Assembly: GCA_964354405.1 (NCBI GenBank)
Contig: CAYGZP010000002.1
Span: forward strand, 5,061-69,060
Reading direction: 5' to 3'
From: Candidatus Woesearchaeota archaeon
Lineage (GTDB): Archaea > Nanobdellota > Nanobdellia > Pacearchaeales > UBA284
Length of the DNA: 64,000 nt
Position numbers and translations under genes: made by a program. Below, one piece after another: positions 38,351 through 48,007 of the stretch. The notes beneath the pieces were generated by a model, which worked only from the letters and a program-made list of their open reading frames with translations, ran no database searches and had not been told where the DNA came from. Every line of letters begins with the position of its first letter. Positions within the stretch are counted from its first letter, which is position 1.

Positions 38351-38929
38351 TTACTCAACTTTTTCAGAAAGATTTTTTTCAATCGAGTCTATCTTGCTCT
38401 TCAAATCTTCTATCTCATGCTGCCAGTTTTCCATGAGCGCATCTTCTCTTGATTTTATCTCTTTCAGCTTTGAGATGACATCTTCAACCTCGCTGATTCT
38501 TTTTCCAATTACATCGATGCTGGCAAGAATTTCCTTGAACTTGTCAATCTTTATGAACAATGCCTTCTTTTCCGAGTCTCTGTCCCGCGAAGGTAATTTT
38601 AATTCGCGAGCTGCAGGTTTTTCTCTTTTTGGCAGCGATTGCTTGTGTCCAAGCTCTTGAACTAATCTTCCTTTGACTCTTGGCTTTGCCTCTTCAGCTT
38701 CCTCTTTCTCCTCTTCGTCAATCTCTCCGACTATCTCTTCTGCGCTCTCTTCACCCCCAGGAAGCTCGGGCATTTCAGGAAGCTCTGGCAAACCCCCGCT
38801 ATCTTCGACAGGAACATTTTGTATAGCCTCTTTAATCTCGTCAGCTTCAGGATAAGCTTGCATTACAGGAGGCTCTGGAACAATAGCTTTAGATTTCTTC
38901 TTGAACAATGCCATTTTATATTCTTTCAA
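38351..38929 (-). CDS. hypothetical acidic coiled-coil protein
   Basis: 192 aa. An E/P-rich middle region, then C-terminal heptad-like 'FIKIDKFKEILASIDVIGKRISEVEDVISKLKEIK'. Confidence 0.4.
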   Translation of the reverse strand: MKEYKMALFKKKSKAIVPEPPVMQAYPEADEIKEAIQNVPVEDSGGLPELPEMPELPGGEESAEEIVGEIDEEEKEEAEEAKPRVKGRLVQELGHKQSLPKREKPAARELKLPSRDRDSEKKALFIKIDKFKEILASIDVIGKRISEVEDVISKLKEIKSREDALMENWQHEIEDLKSKIDSIEKNLSEKVE

Positions 38930-39040
38930 CTCTCCCCTTTTTATACAAAACTTTTAAAATGCTCTTTTCTTTAAAGCAAATGTATTATTACAAATAAAAA
39001 AGAGCAATATATAAATATTACTACTATATTCCATAACACT

Positions 39041-39838
39041 ATGCCAAAAGCCAAAGACGCACAACTTATCTTGATCCTGAAAGAGCTTGTCAGGAAAATC
39101 GCAGGCAAGACATCTGAAACAATAGTCGACGTTTTGTTTGACAAAACAAATGTCAACGAGTTCAAGATTGCTGACAAGCTTAAAATAACCATCAACCAAA
39201 CTCGAAATATCTTGTACAGAATCTCTAGTTATGGGATTCTTGATTCAACTCGCAAGAAAGACAAGAGAAAAGGATGGTATACTTATTTCTGGACTCTTAA
39301 CATTGTCAAAGCACTCGAGGCTTTCATAAAAATCAAGGCAAAAGAAATCGAGTTGTTGGAGCAGATTCTCAAGAGCCATCAAAACAAGCAGTTCTATATC
39401 TGCACTCAAGACAATATTGAGATGACTGAAGAAACTGCCATGACTCATGGTTACTTGTGCCCTGAGTGCGGCTTGTTATTACAGCCTATAGCAAAAGACA
39501 AGAAAATCAAGGAGATTACAACAAAGATAGACTCGGCAAAGCGCGAGTTAGATTTAGTCAAGGTAGAACTAGACTTGAGAAAACCAAAGCCAATAATCAA
39601 ATTGCCCAAAGTAAAGAAAGTCAAGAAAGCAAAAAAAGTGAAGAAGAAAGCGAAGAAAAAAGCCAAAAAGAAAACAAAAAAATCCAAACTTAAGAAGAAG
39701 GTCAAGAAAAAGAAAAAAGCTAAAGGAAAGAAAAAGGGCAAGGCAAAGAAGCCAAAAGCAAAGAAAAAGTTCAAGGCTAAGAAGAAAGCTAAGAAAAAAG
39801 CAAAGAGCAAGAAAAAGAAGGGAAAGAAGAAAAGATAA
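39041..39838 (+). CDS. tfe: transcription factor E (TFE alpha/TFIIE-alpha-like) with poly-lysine C-terminal tail
   Basis: N-terminal winged helix 'NEFKIADKLKITINQTRNILYRISSYGILDS...WYTYFW', a degenerate zinc ribbon ending 'YLCPECGLLL', then a 76-residue Lys-rich tail. Confidence 0.65.
   Translation: MPKAKDAQLILILKELVRKIAGKTSETIVDVLFDKTNVNEFKIADKLKITINQTRNILYRISSYGILDSTRKKDKRKGWYTYFWTLNIVKALEAFIKIKAKEIELLEQILKSHQNKQFYICTQDNIEMTEETAMTHGYLCPECGLLLQPIAKDKKIKEITTKIDSAKRELDLVKVELDLRKPKPIIKLPKVKKVKKAKKVKKKAKKKAKKKTKKSKLKKKVKKKKKAKGKKKGKAKKPKAKKKFKAKKKAKKKAKSKKKKGKKKR
39608..39835 (+). repeat. purine-rich low-complexity coding repeat (AAG/AAA/GCn) encoding (K/A/V)-rich tail
   Basis: By my count, 53 of the 76 codons are Lys. 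Irregular KKAKKK-type reiteration, with no spacer/repeat periodicity. Confidence 0.8.
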
Positions 39839-39862
39839 AAGAGGCAAGGGGAAGGAAGAAAA

Positions 39863-40528
39863 ATGTATCAAATCGTAAGAACTCAACCTAAAAAGCGTTT
39901 CTGGAATGTGACTTTAATCCTGATTGCATTAAATGTCTTGTTCTATCTCGCAATCATCGCGCTTCAGTATGCTTATGGCGATTCAATCTTCCAAAACATA
40001 GCCATACAACCTTCATTTATATTGAAAGGCGAGAGACTCTGGACAATTGTAACAAGCATGTTCATGCATGATCCCAACAATGTGATTCATCTCGCAGTCA
40101 ACATGCTTTCGCTGTTATTCCTTGGCGGATTCCTTGAAAAGCTGATTGGAAGCAAAAAGTTCCTGTCTATTTACTTAATCTCGGGCATTATCGCATCTCT
40201 TGCATTTGTTTTGTTGACATCAGCATTCGGCGAGAATCTAACCATTCCAGCTGTAGGCGCAAGCGGGGCGATATTCGGCATAGGCGGCATGTTAGCAGTG
40301 CTCACTCCTCGAGTTCCAGTATATATGATGTTTATTCCAATTCCGATGCCGATGTGGCTCGGAATAGTTCTCATGCTCATTCTAATATGGGTTGTTAGCG
40401 CTGTTGCAGGGCTTCCAATAGGCAATTTTGCTCATCTCGGGGGTTTCATCGCGGGATTAGCATATGGATTTTATCTAAGAATAAAAAACAAAAAGAAGAT
40501 GAAAATTCTCGACAGATATTTCAGATAA
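39863..40528 (+). CDS. rhomboid family intramembrane serine protease
   Basis: 'GASGAIFGIGG' (GxSG) and 'FAHLGGFIAG' (catalytic His helix) in a 6-TM ORF. Confidence 0.8.
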   Translation: MYQIVRTQPKKRFWNVTLILIALNVLFYLAIIALQYAYGDSIFQNIAIQPSFILKGERLWTIVTSMFMHDPNNVIHLAVNMLSLLFLGGFLEKLIGSKKFLSIYLISGIIASLAFVLLTSAFGENLTIPAVGASGAIFGIGGMLAVLTPRVPVYMMFIPIPMPMWLGIVLMLILIWVVSAVAGLPIGNFAHLGGFIAGLAYGFYLRIKNKKKMKILDRYFR

Positions 40529-40540
40529 AAATTTAGGTAA

Positions 40541-41227
40541 TTAGAAAATAGAAAAGTCATCATGCAACTCAAAGGAATTTATATCTTCCCCTAATTTTTC
40601 TCTAATCTTTCTTTCTAATCGCTCTAGAGTGCTAACTCCCTCCCATGCTGACCAATTTTGTCTTATTTCTTGCCCATTTACAAAATTTACAAGAAGTGTA
40701 GCATAGGGGGCAGCATCTGGGCCAACTGCATTATCTCGGTAGTCTTTTAATTCGATTTGTGCAGCAAGAGTATTGTCATAAAAAACAAGAGTTTTAGCAC
40801 TCTTTCCCATATCGAGATTTCCAATTTTATATAATTCTTGTGAATCTTTTGTTGTGTATCTTAAAGATGCAGGTTTTAATTTTCGTTTAACTCTTTCTTT
40901 CTTTTGATAAAATTCTGATGGATAAACAAAATCCCTTTTTTCTTCATCCATTTTTCCAGCCGCGTTCATCCTCCTAACTAAGTCATTATATTCATCTCTC
41001 CAACCAACTGGAGCAGAATGATTAACAATTTTTACTCTTTCTTCTAATGAAAACTTTGCTAAAAATTGTTTCCAACTCGCAGGAATTTCTTCTTGGTGTT
41101 CAAATCCTACGATGTATCTTATTGCTCTAGGAGCTTCTGTTGACCTATGAATCTTCCATTTTTCATGGGCTTTCCTACCTCTTTCAAGTTCCTCTCTTCC
41201 ATGTTGAATATAAACCACTCTTACCAT
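40541..41227 (-). CDS. hypothetical protein
   Basis: 228-aa ORF. No motif recognised. Confidence 0.4.
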   Translation of the reverse strand: MVRVVYIQHGREELERGRKAHEKWKIHRSTEAPRAIRYIVGFEHQEEIPASWKQFLAKFSLEERVKIVNHSAPVGWRDEYNDLVRRMNAAGKMDEEKRDFVYPSEFYQKKERVKRKLKPASLRYTTKDSQELYKIGNLDMGKSAKTLVFYDNTLAAQIELKDYRDNAVGPDAAPYATLLVNFVNGQEIRQNWSAWEGVSTLERLERKIREKLGEDINSFELHDDFSIF

Positions 41228-41411
41228 ACTTTTTAAATGTAAAGAACTTTATAAATCTTTCTATTTTTAACCACTCCCAAGAGACAACATAATGATGCTC
41301 ACCTTTATAAATGGATATTCGCTCGCCAACTTTCTCGCTAACGCTCGTCGAGCCTTTAAAAAGCTTTATAAAGAGTCTTGGCATTAGATATTCGGCTTAT
41401 AGCTTACAAAA

Positions 41412-41846
41412 ATGAAGATTCTTTATTATATGCGAGAAGAAAAAAGCCGAATACATGAACATTCTCACCGAGCAGAAATATTCTATATTCCAAGAAAAGG
41501 GTCAATTTTATTTATAGATAATTGCGGGGGAGCTACCCAATTTTATGCAGATTCAGATAAAAATTGTTTATTCGATGAAGTCCATAAAATATTAAAAAAT
41601 TATGAAAAAATAAAGGATAAGTCTAAAAAAAGCAGAGATTCGTATGGGGTATATAGTGGGGAGATAAATATATCCCAAAATGTAATAATCTCAAATATAA
41701 GGATGTTTAGATATGGCCCTAAATCAATAGGGAAATTAATTAAAAATATAAAAACAAAAACTACATTAGAAGGACAAATTAATAAAGAGTTAAGGTCTAT
41801 TGCTCAATTCGGCTTAAATCTTGAACTTCTCCGGGGGGATAATTAA
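41412..41846 (+). CDS. hypothetical protein
   Basis: 144-aa ORF that stops 1 nt before the tbp ATG. Confidence 0.35.
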   Translation: MKILYYMREEKSRIHEHSHRAEIFYIPRKGSILFIDNCGGATQFYADSDKNCLFDEVHKILKNYEKIKDKSKKSRDSYGVYSGEINISQNVIISNIRMFRYGPKSIGKLIKNIKTKTTLEGQINKELRSIAQFGLNLELLRGDN

Positions 41847-41847
41847 A

Positions 41848-42390
41848 ATGCGCAAGACAAATCTTAAAATTCAGAATATTGTCGCGACAACTTCTCTCAA
41901 TACTAAAGTTCCTCTAGTCAAACTAGTAAGAAGCCAAAGCAACACAGAATATAACCCAGAACAGTTTCCAGGTCTAGTGTTAAGGATAAAGAAACCAAAA
42001 TCAGCTGTTTTAGTTTTCTCATCAGGAAATCTTGTTTGTACAGGGACTAAGAGCATAAAACAAGTCAATGAAGTCATAGTTCAAGTTATCAGACAGCTCA
42101 AAAAAATAGGGGTTCATGTCAAAGAAAAGCCCAAGATAAATGTCCAGAACATTGTAGCGAGCGGCTCGATAAACATAAAAATGAACTTGAATGAGCTCGC
42201 GCTAAAGTTAGAAAACACAGAATACGAGCCAGAGCAGTTTCCAGGATTGGTTTACAAGCTCAACGAGCCAAATGCAACATTCTTGTTATTCAGCAACGGC
42301 AAGTTAGTATGCACAGGAACAAAGAACAAAAAACAGCTTGAAGAAGCCATGAAGCAGCTGTTGAAAAACACAAAAGCCGCGATGAAGTAA
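41848..42390 (+). CDS. tbp: TATA-box binding protein
   Basis: Two direct repeats: 'IQNIVATTSL...EQFPGLVLRI...SGNLVCTGTKS' and 'VQNIVASGSI...EQFPGLVYKL...NGKLVCTGTKN'. Confidence 0.95.
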   Translation: MRKTNLKIQNIVATTSLNTKVPLVKLVRSQSNTEYNPEQFPGLVLRIKKPKSAVLVFSSGNLVCTGTKSIKQVNEVIVQVIRQLKKIGVHVKEKPKINVQNIVASGSINIKMNLNELALKLENTEYEPEQFPGLVYKLNEPNATFLLFSNGKLVCTGTKNKKQLEEAMKQLLKNTKAAMK

Positions 42391-42557
42391 GGGTAAGGGA
42401 AGACAAGCCCATAAACTCAAGGTTATTCGTTTTTCTTATTATTCTTTTATCAATTTTATACCTTTACTCTTTTACAATTATATTAAAAAACAACAAACTA
42501 TAAAAAGCTGCGCGAGAATATTTTTATTACTAAGGTAAGAGGAAGGAAAAGGGGACT

Positions 42558-44564
42558 ATGGCAGAAGATTTGATGATTGAGGCAAAGGAATTTTTTGAGT
42601 ATTACAAGAAAGAGGTAGGCAAAGATATCAAAAAGGGAACAAAGGCTGTTCATGTTTCTTTTCAGGACTTGGCAAGTTTCTCACACACTTTAGCTGATCA
42701 GCTTTTGCAGAAGCCAGAGGAAATCCTCTCGATTCTAGAAATTGCATTAGATGAGACAGGCATCACAAAGAACGCGAAGATAAGGTTAACTGCCTTGCCA
42801 CAGTCTCAAGAACTAAAGATTCGTGAGATTCGCGCCAAACATCTCAATCAGTTCATTATTGTCGAAGGCCTTGTTCGACAAGCCAGTGATGTTAGGCCCC
42901 AGATAGTTAATGCCAAGTTCGAATGCCCAAGTTGCGGCACAGTCATAAGTGTTTTACAGATAGACAAAAAATTCCGCGAGCCCTCAAGATGCTCATGTGG
43001 AAGAAGAACAGGGTTCAAACTCGTGAGCAAAGACATGGTAGATGCTCAAAGAATTGTCATCGAAGAGAGCCCCGAAGCCTTGAAAGGCGGAGAGCAGCCC
43101 CGCAGAATGGGTATTTTCTTGAAAGAGGATTTAGTCGATCCGAAAATGGAAGAAAGGACAACACCTGGAGCAAAAGTAAAAGTTATGGGAGTGTTAAAAG
43201 AAGTTCCTATCCCTTTACAATCCGGAGCAGTGTCAACTCGATTTGATTTAGCAATAGAAGCCAACAATGTGATTCCTCAAGAAGAAGCTTATGAAGAGTT
43301 GGAAGTCTCGGAAGAGGAAGAGATGCAAATCAAAGAGCTGGCGAGTGACCCAGAAATTTACAACAAGCTTATTTCAAGCATTGCGCCAAGTATCTATGGT
43401 TATGAACAGATTAAGCTTGGGATAGCTCTTCAAATGTTCGGAGGCTACAGGAAAAAAAGAAGCGATGGAACTTTTTCCAGGGGAGATATACATGTTTTGC
43501 TTGTAGGCGATCCCGGAGTCGCGAAGAGTGTTATGTTAAAATTTGTTTCAACTATCGCTCCAAAGGGGCGTTATATTGTGGGCATGGCAGCTACTCGAGC
43601 CGGATTGACAGCAACAGTTGTCCGTGATGAATATTTAAGAGGATGGGCTCTTGAAGCAGGAGCAATGGTCCTCGCAAACCATGGCATCGCCTGCATTGAC
43701 GAAATGGAAAAAATGACAGAAGAGGACAGAAGCTCGATGCACGAAGCCATGGAACAGCAAACAGTTACAATAAGCAAGGCAAATGTCCAAGCTCAGCTTC
43801 GAGCCGAGACAAGTGTCTTGGGAGCAGCGAATCCAAAATTCTCTCGCTTTGATCCATATGCTCCAGTTGCTCAGCAAATTGAGATGGCTCCTACTCTTAT
43901 CAACAGGTTTGATTTAATTTTTGTCATGAAAGATATCCCAGAAAAAATAAAGGATGAGGCCATCGCAACCCATGTTCTGTTAGAATACAGAAATGCTGCA
44001 ATCAGGCCAGCAATAGAACAAGATGTCTTGAGAAAATATATTGCTTATGCCAAACAAAAAATATTTCCGAAACTAACAGACAAAGCTGTCGCAGAAATCA
44101 AAAGATTTTATGTTGATTTGAGAAACCAGCCAGCAATAAGCGAAGAAGCTGTGTATCAGAGGCCCATTCCAATTTCAGCAAGACAGTTAGAAGCACTAAT
44201 CAGATTAAGCGAGGCAAGCGCCCGAGTGAGATTGAGCCACAAGATAATGAAAGAAGATGCTCTCAGAGCAATTGAAATCATGCACTGGTATCTTCTTCAG
44301 GTTGGGATAGACAAAGAAACTGGGGCAATTGATATAGACAAGATAGCAACAGGAATCCCAGCGAGCGAGAGAAGCAAGATAGTGTTCGTGAGAGATGCCA
44401 TAGTTCGCCTTGAGTCAAGAACAGGCAAGTTAATTCCTACAGAAGAGCTCAGGATTGATCTTGCAGACAAGATTAACGAAGCAGAATTCGATGACATTTT
44501 GGACAAGTTAAAGCGTTCAGGCGATATTTTCGAGCCCAAAAGGGGTTTCATCCAAAGAATTTAA
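42558..44564 (+). CDS. mcm: MCM replicative helicase
   Basis: Zinc finger 'CPSCG...CSCG', Walker A 'GDPGVAKS', Walker B 'CIDEMEKM', 'SVLGAANP', arginine-finger region 'SARQLEALIRLSEA'. Confidence 0.95.
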   Translation: MAEDLMIEAKEFFEYYKKEVGKDIKKGTKAVHVSFQDLASFSHTLADQLLQKPEEILSILEIALDETGITKNAKIRLTALPQSQELKIREIRAKHLNQFIIVEGLVRQASDVRPQIVNAKFECPSCGTVISVLQIDKKFREPSRCSCGRRTGFKLVSKDMVDAQRIVIEESPEALKGGEQPRRMGIFLKEDLVDPKMEERTTPGAKVKVMGVLKEVPIPLQSGAVSTRFDLAIEANNVIPQEEAYEELEVSEEEEMQIKELASDPEIYNKLISSIAPSIYGYEQIKLGIALQMFGGYRKKRSDGTFSRGDIHVLLVGDPGVAKSVMLKFVSTIAPKGRYIVGMAATRAGLTATVVRDEYLRGWALEAGAMVLANHGIACIDEMEKMTEEDRSSMHEAMEQQTVTISKANVQAQLRAETSVLGAANPKFSRFDPYAPVAQQIEMAPTLINRFDLIFVMKDIPEKIKDEAIATHVLLEYRNAAIRPAIEQDVLRKYIAYAKQKIFPKLTDKAVAEIKRFYVDLRNQPAISEEAVYQRPIPISARQLEALIRLSEASARVRLSHKIMKEDALRAIEIMHWYLLQVGIDKETGAIDIDKIATGIPASERSKIVFVRDAIVRLESRTGKLIPTEELRIDLADKINEAEFDDILDKLKRSGDIFEPKRGFIQRI

Positions 44565-44613
44565 AAACACAAAAATAAATAACAACACATAGAAAAAAAA
44601 TAAAAATAAAAAA

Positions 44614-45366
44614 ATGCCAGACGAAATTAAAAAAAGATTCACAGCATTCAAGATATCTATAGGATTGCTGGGCCAGGGACAGATTGAATTTGACCAGGAG
44701 CGTTTTTCAAGGTTAATCCTCAATAACAAGGAAATTGCTCGAGTCAACACAGTTGCTACAGTTGTTGACAAGTTCATGAACGAGCAGGGCTCTTATGCTT
44801 CTGTGACAATTGATGATGGGACAGGCAATATCCGTGTCAAGGTTTTTTCAGACAATATTGGCATGTTAAAAGATTTGCAGATGGGGGACACAGTGATAGT
44901 CATCGGCCTCCTCAGACATTATAACGACGAGTTATACATCTTGCCAGAAATAATCAAACAAGTTGATGCCCGCTGGCTTTTGGCAAGAAAACTCGAGCTC
45001 CAGAAAGAATATGGCGCGAGTTATGAAACAGCCAAGCCAAAAGAACAAACAATACAATCAGGGCAAACCTCTACAATCCAACAATCCATATCTCCTGCTT
45101 CTCAATCAGAAGTAACAGAAGAAAAAATTGAGACAACCCCAACAACCCCCACAGCACCAGCAGAATCCGCAGAAATAGCCGAGAAAACTCTGCGAGACCA
45201 AGTCATGGATATAATAAAAGCGAGTGAGCAAGAAGAGGGCATTGATGTTGATAAGTTAATCATGACTTTGAAAGCGCCTGTAGACAACATCAACTCCACA
45301 ATCATCGAGCTCTTGGAAGAAGGCACAATCTTCGAGCCGAGGCCCGGGCGATTGCGAGTGCTTTAG
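44614..45366 (+). CDS. OB-fold DNA-binding protein with C-terminal winged helix (RPA32/Stn1-like)
   Basis: OB block 'VNTVATVVDKF...ASVTIDDGTGNIRVKVF...GDTVIVIGLLRHYNDELYILPE', a low-complexity linker, then C-terminal 'MDIIKASEQEEGIDVDKLI...EEGTIFEPRPGRLRV'. Lies 49 nt downstream of mcm. Confidence 0.5.
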   Translation: MPDEIKKRFTAFKISIGLLGQGQIEFDQERFSRLILNNKEIARVNTVATVVDKFMNEQGSYASVTIDDGTGNIRVKVFSDNIGMLKDLQMGDTVIVIGLLRHYNDELYILPEIIKQVDARWLLARKLELQKEYGASYETAKPKEQTIQSGQTSTIQQSISPASQSEVTEEKIETTPTTPTAPAESAEIAEKTLRDQVMDIIKASEQEEGIDVDKLIMTLKAPVDNINSTIIELLEEGTIFEPRPGRLRVL

Positions 45367-45376
45367 TTTTGTAGAA

Positions 45377-45703
45377 TCAGAAATGAGTTCTTACTATCTC
45401 TAATAACCCTTGGGGTTCTAATCTATTTTCAAGCTCTTCTTTCACAGCTTTTCTGAGGGAATCATAATATCTACCACTAATCCCCATATCAGAAGAAAGC
45501 CAAGCCATAAGGTCTTTTTTTGAGTCAACGGTGTTTTTCCCATATCTTTTGGTAAACTCTTCTTCATTTGTTATTTCAAAACCAGTTTTTGTACTCTTTG
45601 TCAAAGTTAATAATTCATGTCCGGGGTTTAATTTTTTAAGATATTCATATTCAGAACAAACCAGACTTATCGCACTATGATACTCCTCAATTTGGTCTGA
45701 CAT
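45377..45703 (-). CDS. hypothetical protein
   Basis: 108-aa ORF. No motif recognised. Confidence 0.35.
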   Translation of the reverse strand: MSDQIEEYHSAISLVCSEYEYLKKLNPGHELLTLTKSTKTGFEITNEEEFTKRYGKNTVDSKKDLMAWLSSDMGISGRYYDSLRKAVKEELENRLEPQGLLEIVRTHF

Positions 45704-45831
45704 GAAAACAAAGATGTCTTAAAGTTTATAAAGATATTTGTATTGTATCATTCTCTTTTTTTCACTCTGCAATGCACAATCAAATATTTATAGTTCTGGC
45801 GCATTAGAAACTTAAGGCAGGAGGCAAGGGC

Positions 45832-46143
45832 ATGGTAGCTATTAGTATAGAGAAAATTATAACCCCAACAGGAGAAAGCTTGGAAAATAAAGCTGTAGCT
45901 CGCAAAGGCCTGCTTTTTGCAGTAAACTCCAACAACGGCCATGGAATTGTGATGGTTATATACATAGGTTTAATTAAAAAAAGAAATTCTTATAATTATT
46001 TTTCATTAAAAAGCGGAAGTTTGGATATTCAGGGCCAAACCCATAATTTCTATCCTAACCAAGTTGTTCCTATAGCGCTTTGGGGAATTATCTCACAATT
46101 TAAAACATATCGCACTGAGAAAGTCAGGATAAGCAAGAATTAG
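45832..46143 (+). CDS. hypothetical protein
   Basis: 103-aa ORF preceded by GGCAGGAGGC, which is SD-like. Confidence 0.35.
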   Translation: MVAISIEKIITPTGESLENKAVARKGLLFAVNSNNGHGIVMVIYIGLIKKRNSYNYFSLKSGSLDIQGQTHNFYPNQVVPIALWGIISQFKTYRTEKVRISKN

Positions 46144-46202
46144 GGGCAACCAATTTAATTCCGTAACAATAAATTTAAAAGCATTTTTTCTTTAAGCCTT
46201 GT

Positions 46203-46628
46203 ATGAATAAAGAACAGGATAAGAAATATAATGAACTGCTCGAGAAGCTTTACAAGCAAGTCAAGCGAGTGGAAGTCGCTGAGAGATTCGAAGTGCCTAA
46301 AATTGAAGGCATGGTTGAAGGCGGCAAGACAATAATAACAAATTTCTCGCAGCTTTGCTCTATGCTGCGAAGAAAACCCGAACATGTTTCAAAATTCCTT
46401 TCGCGAGAGCTCGCAGCTCAATTAAGCATTGAAGGAGACAGGCTTATTTTAAACAGAAAACTACTCTCAAGCCAGATAAATGATAAGGTTCAGACATATG
46501 TCAATGAATTTGTATTATGCCCTGAATGCAAAAAACCCGACACAGAACTCATCAAAGAAAAGAGTTTCATGTTCATTCATTGCCTTGCGTGTGGGGCAAA
46601 GAAAAGTGTAAGGGCAAAGATAGTATAA
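46203..46628 (+). CDS. eif2b: translation initiation factor aIF2 beta subunit
   Basis: 'LCPECKKPDTELIKEKSFMFIHCLACGA' C4 zinc ribbon. Length is typical. Confidence 0.9.
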   Translation: MNKEQDKKYNELLEKLYKQVKRVEVAERFEVPKIEGMVEGGKTIITNFSQLCSMLRRKPEHVSKFLSRELAAQLSIEGDRLILNRKLLSSQINDKVQTYVNEFVLCPECKKPDTELIKEKSFMFIHCLACGAKKSVRAKIV

Positions 46629-46629
46629 A

Positions 46630-46971
46630 ATGTCAGAGAAAGAAGATAAAGAAAACAACAGAAAGTTTCTTGTTAAGATACACTCAGCTTATCGCGAGAT
46701 AGTTGCAGTGAGTGACATAGGATTGTTAGGCAAGCGCTTTGAGCAAGGCAACACACAGCTCGAGGTCAATGAGCACTTTTACGGGGGCAAGGACAGCAAA
46801 GTGGTGGATGAAAAGAAATTATTGAAAATTCTGCAAGAAGCTGCGGAAAATGATGCTTGTTTCAATTTTGTAGGCAAGGAATCTATAAACACAGCCATAA
46901 AGCAAGGACTAGTAGACAAAAACTCTGTAATAAAAGTCCAGGGCATTCCTCATGCACTCGCGCTGGTTTAA
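46630..46971 (+). CDS. DUF424 family protein
   Basis: 'VAVSDIGLLGKRFEQGNTQLEVNEHFYGG' and 'FNFVGKESINTAI...GIPHA' match the archaeal DUF424 pattern. Starts 2 nt after aIF2 beta. Confidence 0.55.
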   Translation: MSEKEDKENNRKFLVKIHSAYREIVAVSDIGLLGKRFEQGNTQLEVNEHFYGGKDSKVVDEKKLLKILQEAAENDACFNFVGKESINTAIKQGLVDKNSVIKVQGIPHALALV

Positions 46972-47044
46972 TCCTTGATTTAATTCTTACTTTATAGTTA
47001 TAACATTACGAAACCTTTAAATATCTCTCTCGCCTCAAAAAAAT

Positions 47045-47947
47045 ATGACAATTAAAAAGACTTTAATGACATTGCTTGCTACAGCTGGTTTAGCATCTGC
47101 AATAACTATGTATGGTTTTTTTATTAATACTCCTAACTGTAGCTTGAAAGTATATAGAATGAAAATATCTCCGGGAGGAAGAGATACTTTAAAAACGAGA
47201 ACGGGTAGTAGGGGCAACTGGGGTATTGTTACACAAAATTTTATTCCAGAAGCATTACAAGGAGAAACTCTTTATGTTGAAGACATGGCAAAAAGAGTAA
47301 AAACATTCATGATAAGAGGCCCCCCAGAATATAACTCTTTAGATTTACATCTTGACAAATTCACAGCTTGTGCAACAGAGATGGATGATTCTTCTCATCT
47401 TAATGAACAATTAAAATGTGCTTATCAATTATTGAGACATACTATTAAACCAGAAACAGTCGATGTTGATACACATGACGTAGGTTTAAATTTTTATTAT
47501 GATTTACACTTGCCATTGCCGAAAGATTCTGTTCATAATGGTGATTCAATTTATTTGAAATGTTACAAGGTTTTTGGTCCTGCAAATGAAAGCATTGCTT
47601 TTACTGAAAGAACATTTCCTTTAAACAGAGACAGAATAGATGCTCAACTTTTAACTGAAAACATTCCTTTTCCAGAAAGGAGAATGTTAGAAGTTGGAGA
47701 AGAGCCTTCTCAATCTGTAAGAAAGAGGGGGTTAGAATATAAAGTTTATCCCAGCATTGTTAAAGATGAAGTTAATGTTAAGGGAATCAATGGTTTTATT
47801 GATTTATATGACATCAGTGGCAAAAAGATTGCTGAATTGCCTGTAAGCAATGGCAAGTTGAATCTTTCTCAATACAGCAGAGGAGCTTATTTCTTAGTTC
47901 CTAAAAAAGCAGAGCTGCCAAGCAAGAAAATTGTTAAGATAAATTAA
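47045..47947 (+). CDS. secreted protein with T9SS-type (Por_Secre_tail-like) C-terminal domain
   Basis: Signal peptide 'LMTLLATAGLASAIT'. C-terminal 'YKVYPSIVKDEVNVKGINGFIDLYDISGKKIAELPVSNGKLNLSQYSRGAYFLVP' fits the yPNP...iyD..Gk.v......ldls.l..GvYfv pattern. Confidence 0.45.
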   Translation: MTIKKTLMTLLATAGLASAITMYGFFINTPNCSLKVYRMKISPGGRDTLKTRTGSRGNWGIVTQNFIPEALQGETLYVEDMAKRVKTFMIRGPPEYNSLDLHLDKFTACATEMDDSSHLNEQLKCAYQLLRHTIKPETVDVDTHDVGLNFYYDLHLPLPKDSVHNGDSIYLKCYKVFGPANESIAFTERTFPLNRDRIDAQLLTENIPFPERRMLEVGEEPSQSVRKRGLEYKVYPSIVKDEVNVKGINGFIDLYDISGKKIAELPVSNGKLNLSQYSRGAYFLVPKKAELPSKKIVKIN

Positions 47948-48007
47948 ATCTGTCTCCAATAAGCATCTTTTAACAATATTTATAAATTCATTTATTCTTA
48001 TTCAAAA

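Noticed and set aside
39451-39886. F/L-rich minus-strand ORFs, and a possible CRISPR-like or tandem repeat, across 39600-39840
   Set aside because: The periodicity is irregular Lys-codon reiteration within the TFE reading frame, with no repeat/spacer architecture. The antisense ORFs are poly-Phe/Leu mirror images of the Lys codons.
42391-42557. Replication origin in the 167-nt AT-rich gap upstream of mcm
   Set aside because: I could not find repeated ORB or mini-ORB-like elements or an inverted-repeat pair. There is no orc1/cdc6 gene adjacent.
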